DNA of 64,000 nt. Origin: Candidatus Collierbacteria bacterium RIFOXYD2_FULL_45_13. GTDB lineage: Bacteria; Patescibacteriota; Microgenomatia; UBA1400; MFAQ01. The notes under the pieces are model-generated. The model saw only the letters and a program-made list of their open reading frames with translations. It was not told the origin of the DNA and did not search any database. Positions 46,755 to 58,434 of this stretch are shown piece by piece. The DNA is taken from NCBI GenBank assembly GCA_001774685.1, contig MFAS01000001.1, forward strand, positions 159,557 through 223,556, read 5' to 3'. The translations under genes were made by a program, and so were the position numbers. Position 1 is the stretch's first letter, and each line of letters opens with the position of its first letter.

Positions 46755-48263
46755 ATGGATAATCAATTTCCACTACCAGGTCCGGTTGCTTCCGTTCCGG
46801 AGCCATCAACTTTCCCTCCCTCGACGTCTGATGTCTCACCTTTGCCTAGTCCCGAAGAGGCAGCACCTCCACCACCCGGATATCAGCCACCCGCCGCAGC
46901 CAACCCTCCAGCCGTTTCGAGCTCACCTTTCAAAATGATTACTCCTATAATCATTGGCTTGGTCGTCATTGGTCTGATTGCCTATATTTTGTTCCGCCTC
47001 CTTGGTAAGACCGTCAGCAGCAAAACTCAGTCAGTCTCTCCGTCCACAACCGTCACTTTGACATACTATGGCCTTTGGGAGCCATCTTCCGTTATGAAAC
47101 CGGTTATCGATGCCTTCGAAAAACAAAATCCCAACATCAAGATCGACTACCAGCTCCAATCACCACAGGACTACCAAGACCGTGTAAAAACAGCATTGGA
47201 AAGTCAGACTCCACCTGATATCGTTCGATTGCACACCACCTGGCTACCTCTTTTTGCAGCCGCTTTGCTTCCGGCTCCCCCCAACACCTTATCGGCAACA
47301 GAGCTTGCTACTAATTTTTATCCCATCGTCAGCAAGCTTCTGGTATCCGGGAATCAAGTTTACGGTGCACCCATGACCGCGGAAACCCTGGGGCTTTTTG
47401 TTAACACCGCCATTCTTCAGCAAAAACAGCTCCAACCACCCAAAACTTGGGAGGATCTGCTTACAGCCGCCAAAGCAGTAAGAGAGCTAGAGCCGATTAC
47501 CGGAAAGATTAGACGTGCAGGTGTCGCTCTTGGCAACACCACCAACGTCGAATACTGGCCCGACATTGTCTCCATGATGCTTCTACAAGCCGGTGTTTCC
47601 CTTACCGACATCAAAGGACCGGAAGTGGGTGTCACTCTGAAGTACTACACAGATTTTGTTTCCAAACATCAAGTTTGGGACGACACACTGCCTCCTTCAA
47701 CGGTTGCATTTTCAAATGAGAAAGTAGCCATGATTATTGCTCCCAGTTGGGTTGCTAAAGATATCAAAGCTATCAACCCGTCACTTTCTTGGCAGGTTGT
47801 TCCGGTTCCCCAGCTTCCGGATATTGATCCGATTAGCTGGACATCAATCTGGTTTGAGGCTGTTGCCAAGAATAGTGCTCACCCGCAGGAAGCATGGAAA
47901 TTTGTTAGTTTCTTGGCTTCGGCAAACGCCCAGCAAATACTTTTTGACTCGGCTACTCAAGATAGAGGATTCCCCCAGCCTCCCGCCAACAAGGCTGTTG
48001 CCGAAATTGCTTCTAAGAATCCGGTTCTTGCTCCCTTTGTTGACAGCCTTAACACGGCCAAGACCTTTTACACTGCCTCAAAGACTCAAGATTCCAAAAC
48101 CGCCTTGAATTCTCGCCTGATCAAATACCTGGAAGACGCCATTAATAGTACTTCCACTAACCAAGAGGACAACAAAATCGTGGAAACCTTACACAACGGC
48201 TTCGTTCAGGTATTATCTCAATACGGCTTGGTAGCCGCACCACCTCCTTCACCCACTCCGTAA
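46755..48263 (+). CDS. Membrane-anchored extracellular solute-binding protein (sugar SBP family)
   Basis: LTYYGLWE, FEKQNPNIKIDY, PDIVR, PPKTWEDL, EAWKFVSFL. Confidence 0.88.
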   Translation: MDNQFPLPGPVASVPEPSTFPPSTSDVSPLPSPEEAAPPPPGYQPPAAANPPAVSSSPFKMITPIIIGLVVIGLIAYILFRLLGKTVSSKTQSVSPSTTVTLTYYGLWEPSSVMKPVIDAFEKQNPNIKIDYQLQSPQDYQDRVKTALESQTPPDIVRLHTTWLPLFAAALLPAPPNTLSATELATNFYPIVSKLLVSGNQVYGAPMTAETLGLFVNTAILQQKQLQPPKTWEDLLTAAKAVRELEPITGKIRRAGVALGNTTNVEYWPDIVSMMLLQAGVSLTDIKGPEVGVTLKYYTDFVSKHQVWDDTLPPSTVAFSNEKVAMIIAPSWVAKDIKAINPSLSWQVVPVPQLPDIDPISWTSIWFEAVAKNSAHPQEAWKFVSFLASANAQQILFDSATQDRGFPQPPANKAVAEIASKNPVLAPFVDSLNTAKTFYTASKTQDSKTALNSRLIKYLEDAINSTSTNQEDNKIVETLHNGFVQVLSQYGLVAAPPPSPTP

Positions 48264-48265
48264 TT

Positions 48266-49087
48266 ATGGATCTCCGTCAAGCCATCTCCGATACCCTTAA
48301 GTATGCGGATTATTTTCACTACCCGCTTACCTCTCGAGAGATTCACTATTGGCTAACTACACCGTGTCTAACTCCTTTTGCTACGATAAGGCCATTACTT
48401 CCTCCGAAACTTACAAAATCACAAAGAAGTCTTCGATCTTTGGTTTTGCACTCATCGGAACAAAAACGATCTCATGCCCGCAGATTGGCGGCCACTCTCC
48501 GGTTTGTTCCTGGACTACGCCTGGTTGCTCTCACCGGCTCTGTTGCGGCCGGTAACTCCTACCCCAATGATGACATCGATCTGTTCTTTATTACTTCCCC
48601 GCACTGTCTGTGGTTGGTTCGCCCATTGGTCATTATCCTAATATCCATCTTCTTTCGTCGACGCCATCCGGGGGAAGATCACTCCAAAGCGGCCAATGCA
48701 TTTTGCCCCAATCTATGGTTGGATTCTTTGTCTCTCGCCGTTCCTGAAAACAAACGCAATCTATATACAGCTCACGAGGTACTCCAAACAATTCCGCTCC
48801 TAGATAGGGGAGATACCTATCTGGCTTTTTTACATGAGAACCGGTGGGCTAAAAGGTTCTTGGCCAACGCCTTTTCTTCCCTTGCTTCGGCACACAAACC
48901 ATTGCGATCAGCTGAGATCTTGTATAACCTTTTCGCACCCTTAAATTACATTTTCTATCTTATTCAGCTTCTGTACATGAACCCCAAGAAAACTAGTGAG
49001 GTTGTTCACCTCCACGCCGCTTTTCTTCACACCACAGACTTCGCTAGTGCGATCAGCCACCACCTAAAAACTTCGAAAGACATATAA
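48266..49087 (+). CDS. Nucleotidyltransferase-domain protein
   Basis: LTGSVA.G....NDDIDLF pol-beta-type motif. Confidence 0.8.
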   Translation: MDLRQAISDTLKYADYFHYPLTSREIHYWLTTPCLTPFATIRPLLPPKLTKSQRSLRSLVLHSSEQKRSHARRLAATLRFVPGLRLVALTGSVAAGNSYPNDDIDLFFITSPHCLWLVRPLVIILISIFFRRRHPGEDHSKAANAFCPNLWLDSLSLAVPENKRNLYTAHEVLQTIPLLDRGDTYLAFLHENRWAKRFLANAFSSLASAHKPLRSAEILYNLFAPLNYIFYLIQLLYMNPKKTSEVVHLHAAFLHTTDFASAISHHLKTSKDI

Positions 49088-49099
49088 TTACATCTGAAT

Positions 49100-49897
49100 A
49101 TGGATATCTTTACCCTATACATCTACCAACCTTTCTTCAATATCTTGGTCGGTCTTTACTGGTTTGTGGGGCAAATTCTTCCTTCTCCGGACATGGGCAT
49201 CGCTGTTATTCTTTTCGCTGTCGCCGTTCGGATTATTCTTCTTCCAATAGATCTCATAGGAGAACAGTCTGACGAAGAAAAGCTTCAAATTGCTCTCAAA
49301 GTTAAAAAAGTCAAAAAAGAATTCGCTTCCGATCCTGTTCGGCAAAAAGAAGGCATCAGACAGTTAATGCGCCAAAGCCCGGGAGCTATCTTTTCCGAGG
49401 TTTTTACCATCACTGTTCAAGTGTTAATCATTTTAATCCTATACCGTATTTTTACGACAGGCTTGGAAGGTGCGGATATGCACCTTCTTTACAAATTTAT
49501 GCCTTCGGTCCGCCAACCCATCAACCTCATGTTCCTTGGAAAATACGACCTATCCCATACTAACAGTGCCCTGAACCTCCTTCAGTCTGTAATGATCTGT
49601 CTCAGTGAAATAGTTCACCTCTATTTTGAACCTGTTAGGCCTTCGAGAAAAGACTTCCTTTCTCTGGTGATCATCCTTCCCATTGTTAGTTTCCTCATTT
49701 TTATGTTCCTTCCGGCAGGCAAAAAGGTCTTTATTATCACCTCGCTCGCCTTCGGCATCGCCCTCAAAATCGTTAGACAAATTCTCTATCTTACTTACTC
49801 TTTTAGGCATCAGACTCCTGAAAACATCTCCCAGCCTGCCCTCTCTACACCCGCACCGTCAATCGGGGCCTCTACGACCACCCCTCCAACAGCTTAA
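49100..49897 (+). CDS. Divergent second YidC/Oxa1-family protein
   Basis: YQPFFNILV, DMGIAVILFAVAVRIILLP, FLGKYDLS, FLPAG. Confidence 0.8.
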   Translation: MDIFTLYIYQPFFNILVGLYWFVGQILPSPDMGIAVILFAVAVRIILLPIDLIGEQSDEEKLQIALKVKKVKKEFASDPVRQKEGIRQLMRQSPGAIFSEVFTITVQVLIILILYRIFTTGLEGADMHLLYKFMPSVRQPINLMFLGKYDLSHTNSALNLLQSVMICLSEIVHLYFEPVRPSRKDFLSLVIILPIVSFLIFMFLPAGKKVFIITSLAFGIALKIVRQILYLTYSFRHQTPENISQPALSTPAPSIGASTTTPPTA

Positions 49898-49920
49898 AAA
49901 AGGTTATAATAGACCAAGTT

Positions 49921-50532
49921 ATGGCTGATTTTGATAAATTGGTAGTTTCCTTTCTCGTCGACGAAGTTGTTGGCGGTTTCTTTATTTCCGTCCCACCCGG
50001 GCATGTCGCCTGTGTTTATGATCGAGGTGCCGGAGTTCTTAAACGAGTTTGGGGACCGGGGCTTCATCTCAAGATCCCTTTTTGGCAAATAGCCAAACTC
50101 TTTAATGCTCAAGTTCTGGAATACACCATTAGGCACGGGTTCGACCTTTCCGTGAAGGAAGCTCTTGGTGACGAGCCTGTCATTGCCACCACCAAGGATA
50201 ACAAAACCATCTCTATCGAGGGCTCAATTCTCTTCAGGTTGGATAAGGCTAACGCCCCTCTTCTTTGGGAGAACATTGGGGACAACTTTGTATCCAAGGT
50301 TATTCGTCCATATTCCAGAAGCCGGATCGCTTCTGCTTTCAGCAAGTTCGGTTCCAAAGAGATCGGTTCAGAGCGATCCAAAATCGAAGGAATGCTAAAA
50401 AGTGAACTAAACGAACTTTTTCATAGCAGTGCTTTAATCATTGAGAATGTTCTGTTCTCCGAAGTTAAGATTGCTGATCCGGAAGCCCACCATTCCGGGA
50501 AGAGTATCCTTTCTGCTACGCCCACTGTTTAG
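49921..50532 (+). CDS. SPFH/prohibitin family protein
   Basis: VPPGHV.....G....VWGPGLHLKIPFWQ, TKDNKTI. Confidence 0.88.
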   Translation: MADFDKLVVSFLVDEVVGGFFISVPPGHVACVYDRGAGVLKRVWGPGLHLKIPFWQIAKLFNAQVLEYTIRHGFDLSVKEALGDEPVIATTKDNKTISIEGSILFRLDKANAPLLWENIGDNFVSKVIRPYSRSRIASAFSKFGSKEIGSERSKIEGMLKSELNELFHSSALIIENVLFSEVKIADPEAHHSGKSILSATPTV

Positions 50533-50553
50533 TTTTTTTAATATACTTAACTC

Positions 50554-53500
50554 ATGGCCTTGCCCAAATACTCTGTTTTGCAGATACGTCCAGCCAAAGA
50601 CTCCCTCACTGGGCAGGCGGCCTTTATCGAATTTCTGGCTTCACTCAGAACGGCTCTAAAATCAGGTTTCCTGGATAGGCTTCTTGGAACGTATGAAACT
50701 ATCTGTCTTGAAATTGTCAATTTAAATCAGACTACCTTTTTTATTCTTGCCTGTCCGGAACGACTCGAACATTTAGTACGCGCTCAGATTGCAGCCCAGT
50801 ATCCCACCGCACTCATTACCCCTATGAAAGATTATCTATCCGACTGGCTGAACCACGGTCAGACCGCTCTCGGTCAGCTTGTTCTCACCGGTCCCTCATA
50901 TCTTTCACTCAACAACACCTTGGACGATAAAGTCGACCAAATGGCCTCCATTCTTGGCAGTCTCGCAAGAATTCCTGCCGGTCAGGCTGGAATAATCCAG
51001 ATATGTCTTTTTGCTGCTCCGAAGAACTGGCAAAAATCCGCCCGCGCACAGCTGGAAGTTGTTACCCCCGCTACAGCCACCGATGCCGCCAAAAGTAAGC
51101 CTAGTCCCTACAAAGCCATTATCGAAAAAAAATTAATTTATCCGGCTTATTCTTGTGATATACGTCTGGCGACTATTGCACACGACCAGCAAACGTCCAA
51201 ACAACTCCTGTCTCAAATTGCAGCCGCGTTCGGTACTTATGCTCTTTCAGAAGGTAATAGCTTCAAACTAAAAACACCCAAGCACTCTGGGTCACTCAAC
51301 AAGCTTCGTCAGATGATATTGGATCGCTCTGCCAAGTATGCGAACCAATATCAATATCTCAACTATGGCGAAATTACCGCCATGTTCCACCTTCCTGGGG
51401 TATTACTGGCACCCATCAAGGGAATTGCGTGGGGTAAGACCCTAAAAGGTGAGGCTCCCACCAACCTACCGGTTGATGAGAATCTTCCGGAGAACGAAAG
51501 ACATCTGTACAATTTTTTTGCCAAAACCGAGTACAAGAATCACTTAGCAATCTTCGGTATGAAAAAGGGGATCGATCGCCTTCGCCATACTTACATTTTG
51601 GGGAAGTCGGGAACCGGTAAATCAACCCTCATCGGCCGCATGGCCATTAACGATATTCAGCACGGAGAAGGGGTTGCCTTTGTTGATCCTCATGGTGACG
51701 CAGCCGAAGTTCTTTTAGATTATATTCCAGAGAGCCGTATCGATGAAGTTGCTTATTTAGACCCTTCAGTTCCCGGCATATCTTTTTGGATGAATCCTCT
51801 CTATGTCAAAAACCCTGCTCAGGGTGAAATGGTTGCCTCCAGCATTGTCTCTATTTTTAGCAAACTTTACGGTAATTCCTGGGGACCTCGTCTGGAGTAT
51901 ATATTAAGAAATACCTTACTAACCCTGGTTTACAAGCCGGAAACTACCTTAGCGGATGTACCCCGTATACTTACCAACAAAGATTTCCGCGAAAAAGAGT
52001 GTTTGATCCACGTTACCGACCCGATTCTTGTCAATTTCTGGCGTGACGAATACGATAAGTATTCCGAAAAGTTTCAAACCGAAGCCATTGCTCCGATCTT
52101 AAATAAAGTTGGTCAGTTTGTCACCTCTCCTACCATCCGCGATATCATCAATCATCCCAAAAGCACCGTCGATTTTGAGGAGATGATGAACACCGGCAAG
52201 ATCATTATCCTGAATCTACCCCAGGGAAAGATAGGAGAAGACAATGCCGCCTTACTTGGAGCCATGTTCATTTCTCAAATCCAAATTGCGGCGATGAATC
52301 GGGCCCATGTGGCCGAAGAAAAAAGGAGAGATTTCTTTCTTTATGTCGATGAGTTCCAAAACTTCGCCACCTCTTCCTTTGTGAAGATCCTTTCCGAGGC
52401 TCGGAAATATAGGCTTGGATTAATCCTAGCCAATCAGTACATCGCACAACTGCCAGAAGAGATTCAAAATGCCATTTTTGGCAACGTCGGAACTGTTATG
52501 AGTTACGTTGTAGGGGCCTCGGACGCCGATCGAATCGTAAAAGAATTGAATAATCTGTACACAGCTGACGATCTTGTTGGTTTGGGTAAATATCAACTGG
52601 CTATGAAAATGTCTGTCGACTCCCAAATGACCCAACCTTTCTCCTCATATGGATTACCATTACCTGATACCCGAACCCAGCAAAAAGAAAAGGTTCTCGC
52701 CGCCACCTACGAGAAATACTATCGCAAAATAGAGCCTATGGATATGTCCCAGGTTACTGCCATTATGACCCCGGCACCCAAACGATATACCGAACCACCT
52801 TACATCCCAAAAGCGCTTAGAGAACCTTCCGCTGCAATCTCAGATCAAAAAGAAGCCACACGAAGTTATGAAGACACTCAGCGTTTTAACAAGCCGCCTT
52901 TTGTAAGTGTCTCTACTTCCACTACCGTGCCACCAAAACTTCCATATCAGCCCCAACTCCCTCCCACTCCGGCATTATCCAAGCCGAACCCATTCAAAAT
53001 TCCTCCATCAGGATCTCCTCCGGTTTCTTCGCCACCCGTAGTGGATCGTCGTGGCCTGCCCATTTCACCCCCCACAAAACCGGTCGACTCAATAAAACCA
53101 CTAACTGAGAACCGAGAACTGAGAACTGAGATCTCTACCTCGACCTCTCTCAAAGAACCTTCCTTGGAAGAACTCGATGGTCTTCGCAAACAGGGTTTGC
53201 GCCCCAGTGTCGTCGGCTGTTTCTTAAATAATAAAAAAATTCTTCTAGCTTACCAAAAATCGTTTAATCAATGGACTCTTCCTCAGGGGGGAGTGGACAA
53301 CGGAAAAACCATTAAGGAAACGTTCTTTCAGGAAATGGGAGAGGAGGTCACGGAGGACTTTATCAAAACATGTAGTGAAGATATCAAACTTGTCGCTGTC
53401 GATAAAATCGAATTTCCCCCAAGCAAACAAGGACTCAGAGATATGGTTACTGATTCAGACGAACCCGTAGTGATGAAAGGGAAATATTACTATTTCTATA

Positions 53501-53985
53501 CTAGCGATGCCCAATCAACCGATATAACTATCGGAGCTAGCGAATTCGACGATATAAAATGGCTAAATTACGACGAAGCGTATAAACTAATTAAAGAGAC
53601 CAACTCCGGCGGCAGGTTGAGGACGATCACCAACCTTCTCCGAGTGCTCATGGAAAAGGGTCTTCTGTCTACCAATCAACCTTCAAAACATGGATCCGAA
53701 CCGGAACCAAAACCAGAAAGACCAAAAACTAATACTTCCTCCGGAAGATACTCTCCTGGCGAGTCCAGAAACTTTCAGAACGGTAGTTTCGGATCCGGAC
53801 CCATCGCCGGTGACATCAGGAGTCAGTTACACCCCGCCTCAGTCGTGGGGGGCAGACCAGTCAGCGGTCCCGATGGGAACTCCAACAGTCGAACCCCTTC
53901 AAACTCCATCTCGGAATCCTCAACTCTCGGAATCGACGACTCCACCAAGCCATCAGGAGACTCTACCCCTCCCTCCGCGTACTGA
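50554..53985 (+). CDS. VirD4/TraG-like coupling ATPase fused to Pro-rich linker and Nudix domain
   Basis: RHTYILGKSGTGKS, DPHGD, LYVDEFQNF, LSEARKY, ANQY; C-terminal WTLPQGGVDNG...QEMGEE and SEFDDIKW. Confidence 0.88.
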   Translation: MALPKYSVLQIRPAKDSLTGQAAFIEFLASLRTALKSGFLDRLLGTYETICLEIVNLNQTTFFILACPERLEHLVRAQIAAQYPTALITPMKDYLSDWLNHGQTALGQLVLTGPSYLSLNNTLDDKVDQMASILGSLARIPAGQAGIIQICLFAAPKNWQKSARAQLEVVTPATATDAAKSKPSPYKAIIEKKLIYPAYSCDIRLATIAHDQQTSKQLLSQIAAAFGTYALSEGNSFKLKTPKHSGSLNKLRQMILDRSAKYANQYQYLNYGEITAMFHLPGVLLAPIKGIAWGKTLKGEAPTNLPVDENLPENERHLYNFFAKTEYKNHLAIFGMKKGIDRLRHTYILGKSGTGKSTLIGRMAINDIQHGEGVAFVDPHGDAAEVLLDYIPESRIDEVAYLDPSVPGISFWMNPLYVKNPAQGEMVASSIVSIFSKLYGNSWGPRLEYILRNTLLTLVYKPETTLADVPRILTNKDFREKECLIHVTDPILVNFWRDEYDKYSEKFQTEAIAPILNKVGQFVTSPTIRDIINHPKSTVDFEEMMNTGKIIILNLPQGKIGEDNAALLGAMFISQIQIAAMNRAHVAEEKRRDFFLYVDEFQNFATSSFVKILSEARKYRLGLILANQYIAQLPEEIQNAIFGNVGTVMSYVVGASDADRIVKELNNLYTADDLVGLGKYQLAMKMSVDSQMTQPFSSYGLPLPDTRTQQKEKVLAATYEKYYRKIEPMDMSQVTAIMTPAPKRYTEPPYIPKALREPSAAISDQKEATRSYEDTQRFNKPPFVSVSTSTTVPPKLPYQPQLPPTPALSKPNPFKIPPSGSPPVSSPPVVDRRGLPISPPTKPVDSIKPLTENRELRTEISTSTSLKEPSLEELDGLRKQGLRPSVVGCFLNNKKILLAYQKSFNQWTLPQGGVDNGKTIKETFFQEMGEEVTEDFIKTCSEDIKLVAVDKIEFPPSKQGLRDMVTDSDEPVVMKGKYYYFYTSDAQSTDITIGASEFDDIKWLNYDEAYKLIKETNSGGRLRTITNLLRVLMEKGLLSTNQPSKHGSEPEPKPERPKTNTSSGRYSPGESRNFQNGSFGSGPIAGDIRSQLHPASVVGGRPVSGPDGNSNSRTPSNSISESSTLGIDDSTKPSGDSTPPSAY

Positions 53986-54664
53986 AGAATCTTCTTCCCC
54001 TATGATGAAAACCTTACTTACCGGAGTTGCCTTAATTCTTTTCGGTGCCTTGCTTGGAGTTCTGGCTTCACGCTTCCTCCCCATGTCTCCCTCGGTCACG
54101 CCTTCCCAAGATATAGAACCCACTACAGATACCAACCCCACTGAAGCTGAAATTGAGACTTCACCAACTGTCGAAATTACCCTGCCCTTAACTCCCACGG
54201 CTACACCATCATCATTATTAAATCTCAAGTGGAATATGATGACCGTTAAGTCGCCATTGGCCGCTTTTACTTCCTATCGTATCTACTACCCAACAACCTG
54301 GTCTATCAAGGAATATCGAAACTTTTCCACCTCAAAAGATGGCGGCAACTCTACTCTTACTCTGGAAAAGGGGACGGCAATCTTAAGTATTCGTCAGGCA
54401 CCTGGAGAAGTTCAAGATTGTTCTCCGGCTCTTTACTCTGATTTTCATATTCTAATCAAGCGAGACATTGTTGCCTGGAAGTGGGCCAAAAAAGCCACCG
54501 ACGAAGCAGCTTCCACCTATGATGTCTGCGAAAGCCTCTCTGGTAGCAAATACATTTCGCCCACATCGATCGGTTACATCATTGCAAATAGCCCGACCGT
54601 CGTTGACGCAGAGACTCTTGATGAAATAAACTACATTCTCGAAAAGATCGTCATCTTAAAATAA
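53690..54664 (+). CDS. Single-TM protein with Pro/Ser/Thr-rich flanks and extracellular domain
   Basis: TM LLTGVALILFGALLGVLA; YRIYYPTTW; overlaps upstream gene by 296 bp (true start uncertain). Confidence 0.7.
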   Translation: MDPNRNQNQKDQKLILPPEDTLLASPETFRTVVSDPDPSPVTSGVSYTPPQSWGADQSAVPMGTPTVEPLQTPSRNPQLSESTTPPSHQETLPLPPRTEESSSPMMKTLLTGVALILFGALLGVLASRFLPMSPSVTPSQDIEPTTDTNPTEAEIETSPTVEITLPLTPTATPSSLLNLKWNMMTVKSPLAAFTSYRIYYPTTWSIKEYRNFSTSKDGGNSTLTLEKGTAILSIRQAPGEVQDCSPALYSDFHILIKRDIVAWKWAKKATDEAASTYDVCESLSGSKYISPTSIGYIIANSPTVVDAETLDEINYILEKIVILK

Positions 54665-54684
54665 ACGGACCTGGTCCTGGGGTC

Positions 54685-54737
54685 TTGACAAAATTTTCTC
54701 TTTTTATAAAATAGCAATCGAGACGGAAGAGTGCTAC
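54685..54737 (+). promoter_or_regulatory. groESL promoter with CIRCE (HrcA operator)
   Basis: TTGACA at 54685; ATAGCAATC-N9-GAGTGCTAC (54711-54737) vs consensus TTAGCACTC-N9-GAGTGCTAA. Confidence 0.85.
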
Positions 54738-54808
54738 TTTTCTGGTATACTCATCTCTGTCAATGTTCGTCTCCAGTTAGTTTTTATCATTTAACACAAA
54801 TAACCAAC

Positions 54809-56748
<1,940 letters not shown>

Positions 56749-56765
56749 CTTCAGCTTCAAAAGAC

Positions 56766-56793
56766 AAAAAAAGACCCCGCAAGGGGTCTTTTT
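56766..56793 (+). terminator. groEL terminator
   Basis: AAAAAGACCCC-GCAA-GGGGTCTTTTT. Confidence 0.85.
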
Positions 56794-56840
56794 GTGAGTC
56801 AAGACTAGACAGAGAAAAACATCTCATATAATATGTAAAC

Positions 56841-57674
56841 ATGGAACAATTGATGGAAGCTCAAGGAGAATTATCATACTTAGCAAATGGCAACCTCGCT
56901 CTTATCGAGGGAACCCCTCTTGCTATCACCAGGGAGGTGTGGGAGAAGCCAAATGGTTTTCGTCTACTTTCCGGCACCCATACGAAAACTGAGTCTGATA
57001 TTAAGCCTGTCGAGGTTGTTGGTAGTGAGATGACTGAACTTCAGGATCAGGTTGACGTCCAAATATCTGTCAATCCCGATGGAAGACTGGTTCTTACCAA
57101 TAACCACTCCTCTGAGATATCTCTATGGATCTATGGGAAAGAAGTGATAGTCAAGCCGGGTGCTGAGAACAGCCAAACGATTTCTCCAAAACCGGAAGAG
57201 TATCAGAATATGGATGGGATAGAGGATAACGCCTTCTACCTCTGTCTCGGCAACGAACGTGTCGTAAAAGTATCCAAACAGTTGCTGGACAATAAAGTAG
57301 TTCTCAGGAACTCCTCTCTTGACCGAAAAGGTTCTGGGGTTGCAGGTAATCTTCTAGATACGCCAGAAGGCGAAAACCGTCGAATTGACTATGGGTTTGC
57401 AGGGGCTCATGAGGGTGGTTTTGTCGAATTCACCGTAGACCAAGATTCTCAGGCTCCAAAAATCACGGTCGACACGCAGCACGATAAATATTTCTTGGTT
57501 CCTACAGACAACAATCCTCTCTATGTTCGCCCAGAAAATGATCTACAGAGTGTTGAGGTGACTCAAAGGTACCACATGCAACCAGGCACATATTTTCGTT
57601 TCAAAGAACGCGCCTACTATTTTGTGGGTCTTGACGAACACAAAAAGCCTCGCGTTATTGAGATAAAAAAATAG
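56841..57674 (+). CDS. Hypothetical beta-rich soluble protein (277 aa)
   Basis: Clean ORF with TATAAT 8 nt upstream and terminator downstream. Confidence 0.75.
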   Translation: MEQLMEAQGELSYLANGNLALIEGTPLAITREVWEKPNGFRLLSGTHTKTESDIKPVEVVGSEMTELQDQVDVQISVNPDGRLVLTNNHSSEISLWIYGKEVIVKPGAENSQTISPKPEEYQNMDGIEDNAFYLCLGNERVVKVSKQLLDNKVVLRNSSLDRKGSGVAGNLLDTPEGENRRIDYGFAGAHEGGFVEFTVDQDSQAPKITVDTQHDKYFLVPTDNNPLYVRPENDLQSVEVTQRYHMQPGTYFRFKERAYYFVGLDEHKKPRVIEIKK

Positions 57675-57691
57675 TACAGCCAAACTAAGAT

Positions 57692-57722
57692 AAAAAAATC
57701 TGCCCGATAGGCGGATTTTTTT
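57692..57722. terminator. Bidirectional intrinsic terminator
   Basis: A7-TCTGCC-CGATA-GGCGGA-T7 between convergent genes. Confidence 0.8.
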
Positions 57723-57843
57723 ATAGCATCTATATGTGAAACGGAGTTAATGTATGATTGATATCCACAAAATAATTGAGTTATTCACACCACAGAAACC
57801 ATTGATATATCAATCCGAAACAAGTACAAAACTGTTGAAATCT

Positions 57844-58434
57844 TTACTTAGCTTTAGCAAGAGATAGATACGATCTTGGGTTCACGGCTCGGCCATTTTT
57901 CAGTACCTCTATGTGGAGGTGGGGTCCGGTAGTTTTACCGGTCAGTCCTACTTCTCCTACGACCATATCGGTGGTGACCTTATCACCCTCTTCTACAAAA
58001 ATCTTTCCCATATGGGCATACCTGGTTTGCATTCCGTTTCCGTGATCAACGACGACGGAACGACCATAATCCCATCTGGTAATACTCATCAAAACGACCA
58101 CACCATCTTTCAGAGGGTGTATCTTGGATCCTAGAGTGGCGGTAATGTCTAGTCCCGGATGACCCAAATGGAACTCTTGAGACACACCCGTGTTTTCAGA
58201 TATGACGGTTACCAGACTTCTCTTGGTTTCAATTACTATTTTTTCATCAAAAGGCTGGATGTTGGCCGAGGCCAATATGGTTTGATCTCCAGGCAACACA
58301 AACATGCCTGAAGCTAAAGTGGTGATCGAAATAACACCGCCCAAGGCGGCTTTAAGACTTCTTTTTTCGAACATCGGCCTGAAAAGCTTGGAGAGGGGAT
58401 GCGACGTTCTTTTTTGAGGTTGGTTTTGTATCAT
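57844..58434 (-). CDS. M23 family metallopeptidase
   Basis: HPGLD, YAH, TTGPHLH.E...NP. Confidence 0.93.
   Translation of the reverse strand: MIQNQPQKRTSHPLSKLFRPMFEKRSLKAALGGVISITTLASGMFVLPGDQTILASANIQPFDEKIVIETKRSLVTVISENTGVSQEFHLGHPGLDITATLGSKIHPLKDGVVVLMSITRWDYGRSVVVDHGNGMQTRYAHMGKIFVEEGDKVTTDMVVGEVGLTGKTTGPHLHIEVLKNGRAVNPRSYLSLAKAK

Noticed and set aside
57728-57743. parS site (…ATGTGAAACG)
   Set aside because: Only one half-site resembles TGTTTCACGTGAAACA; not palindromic
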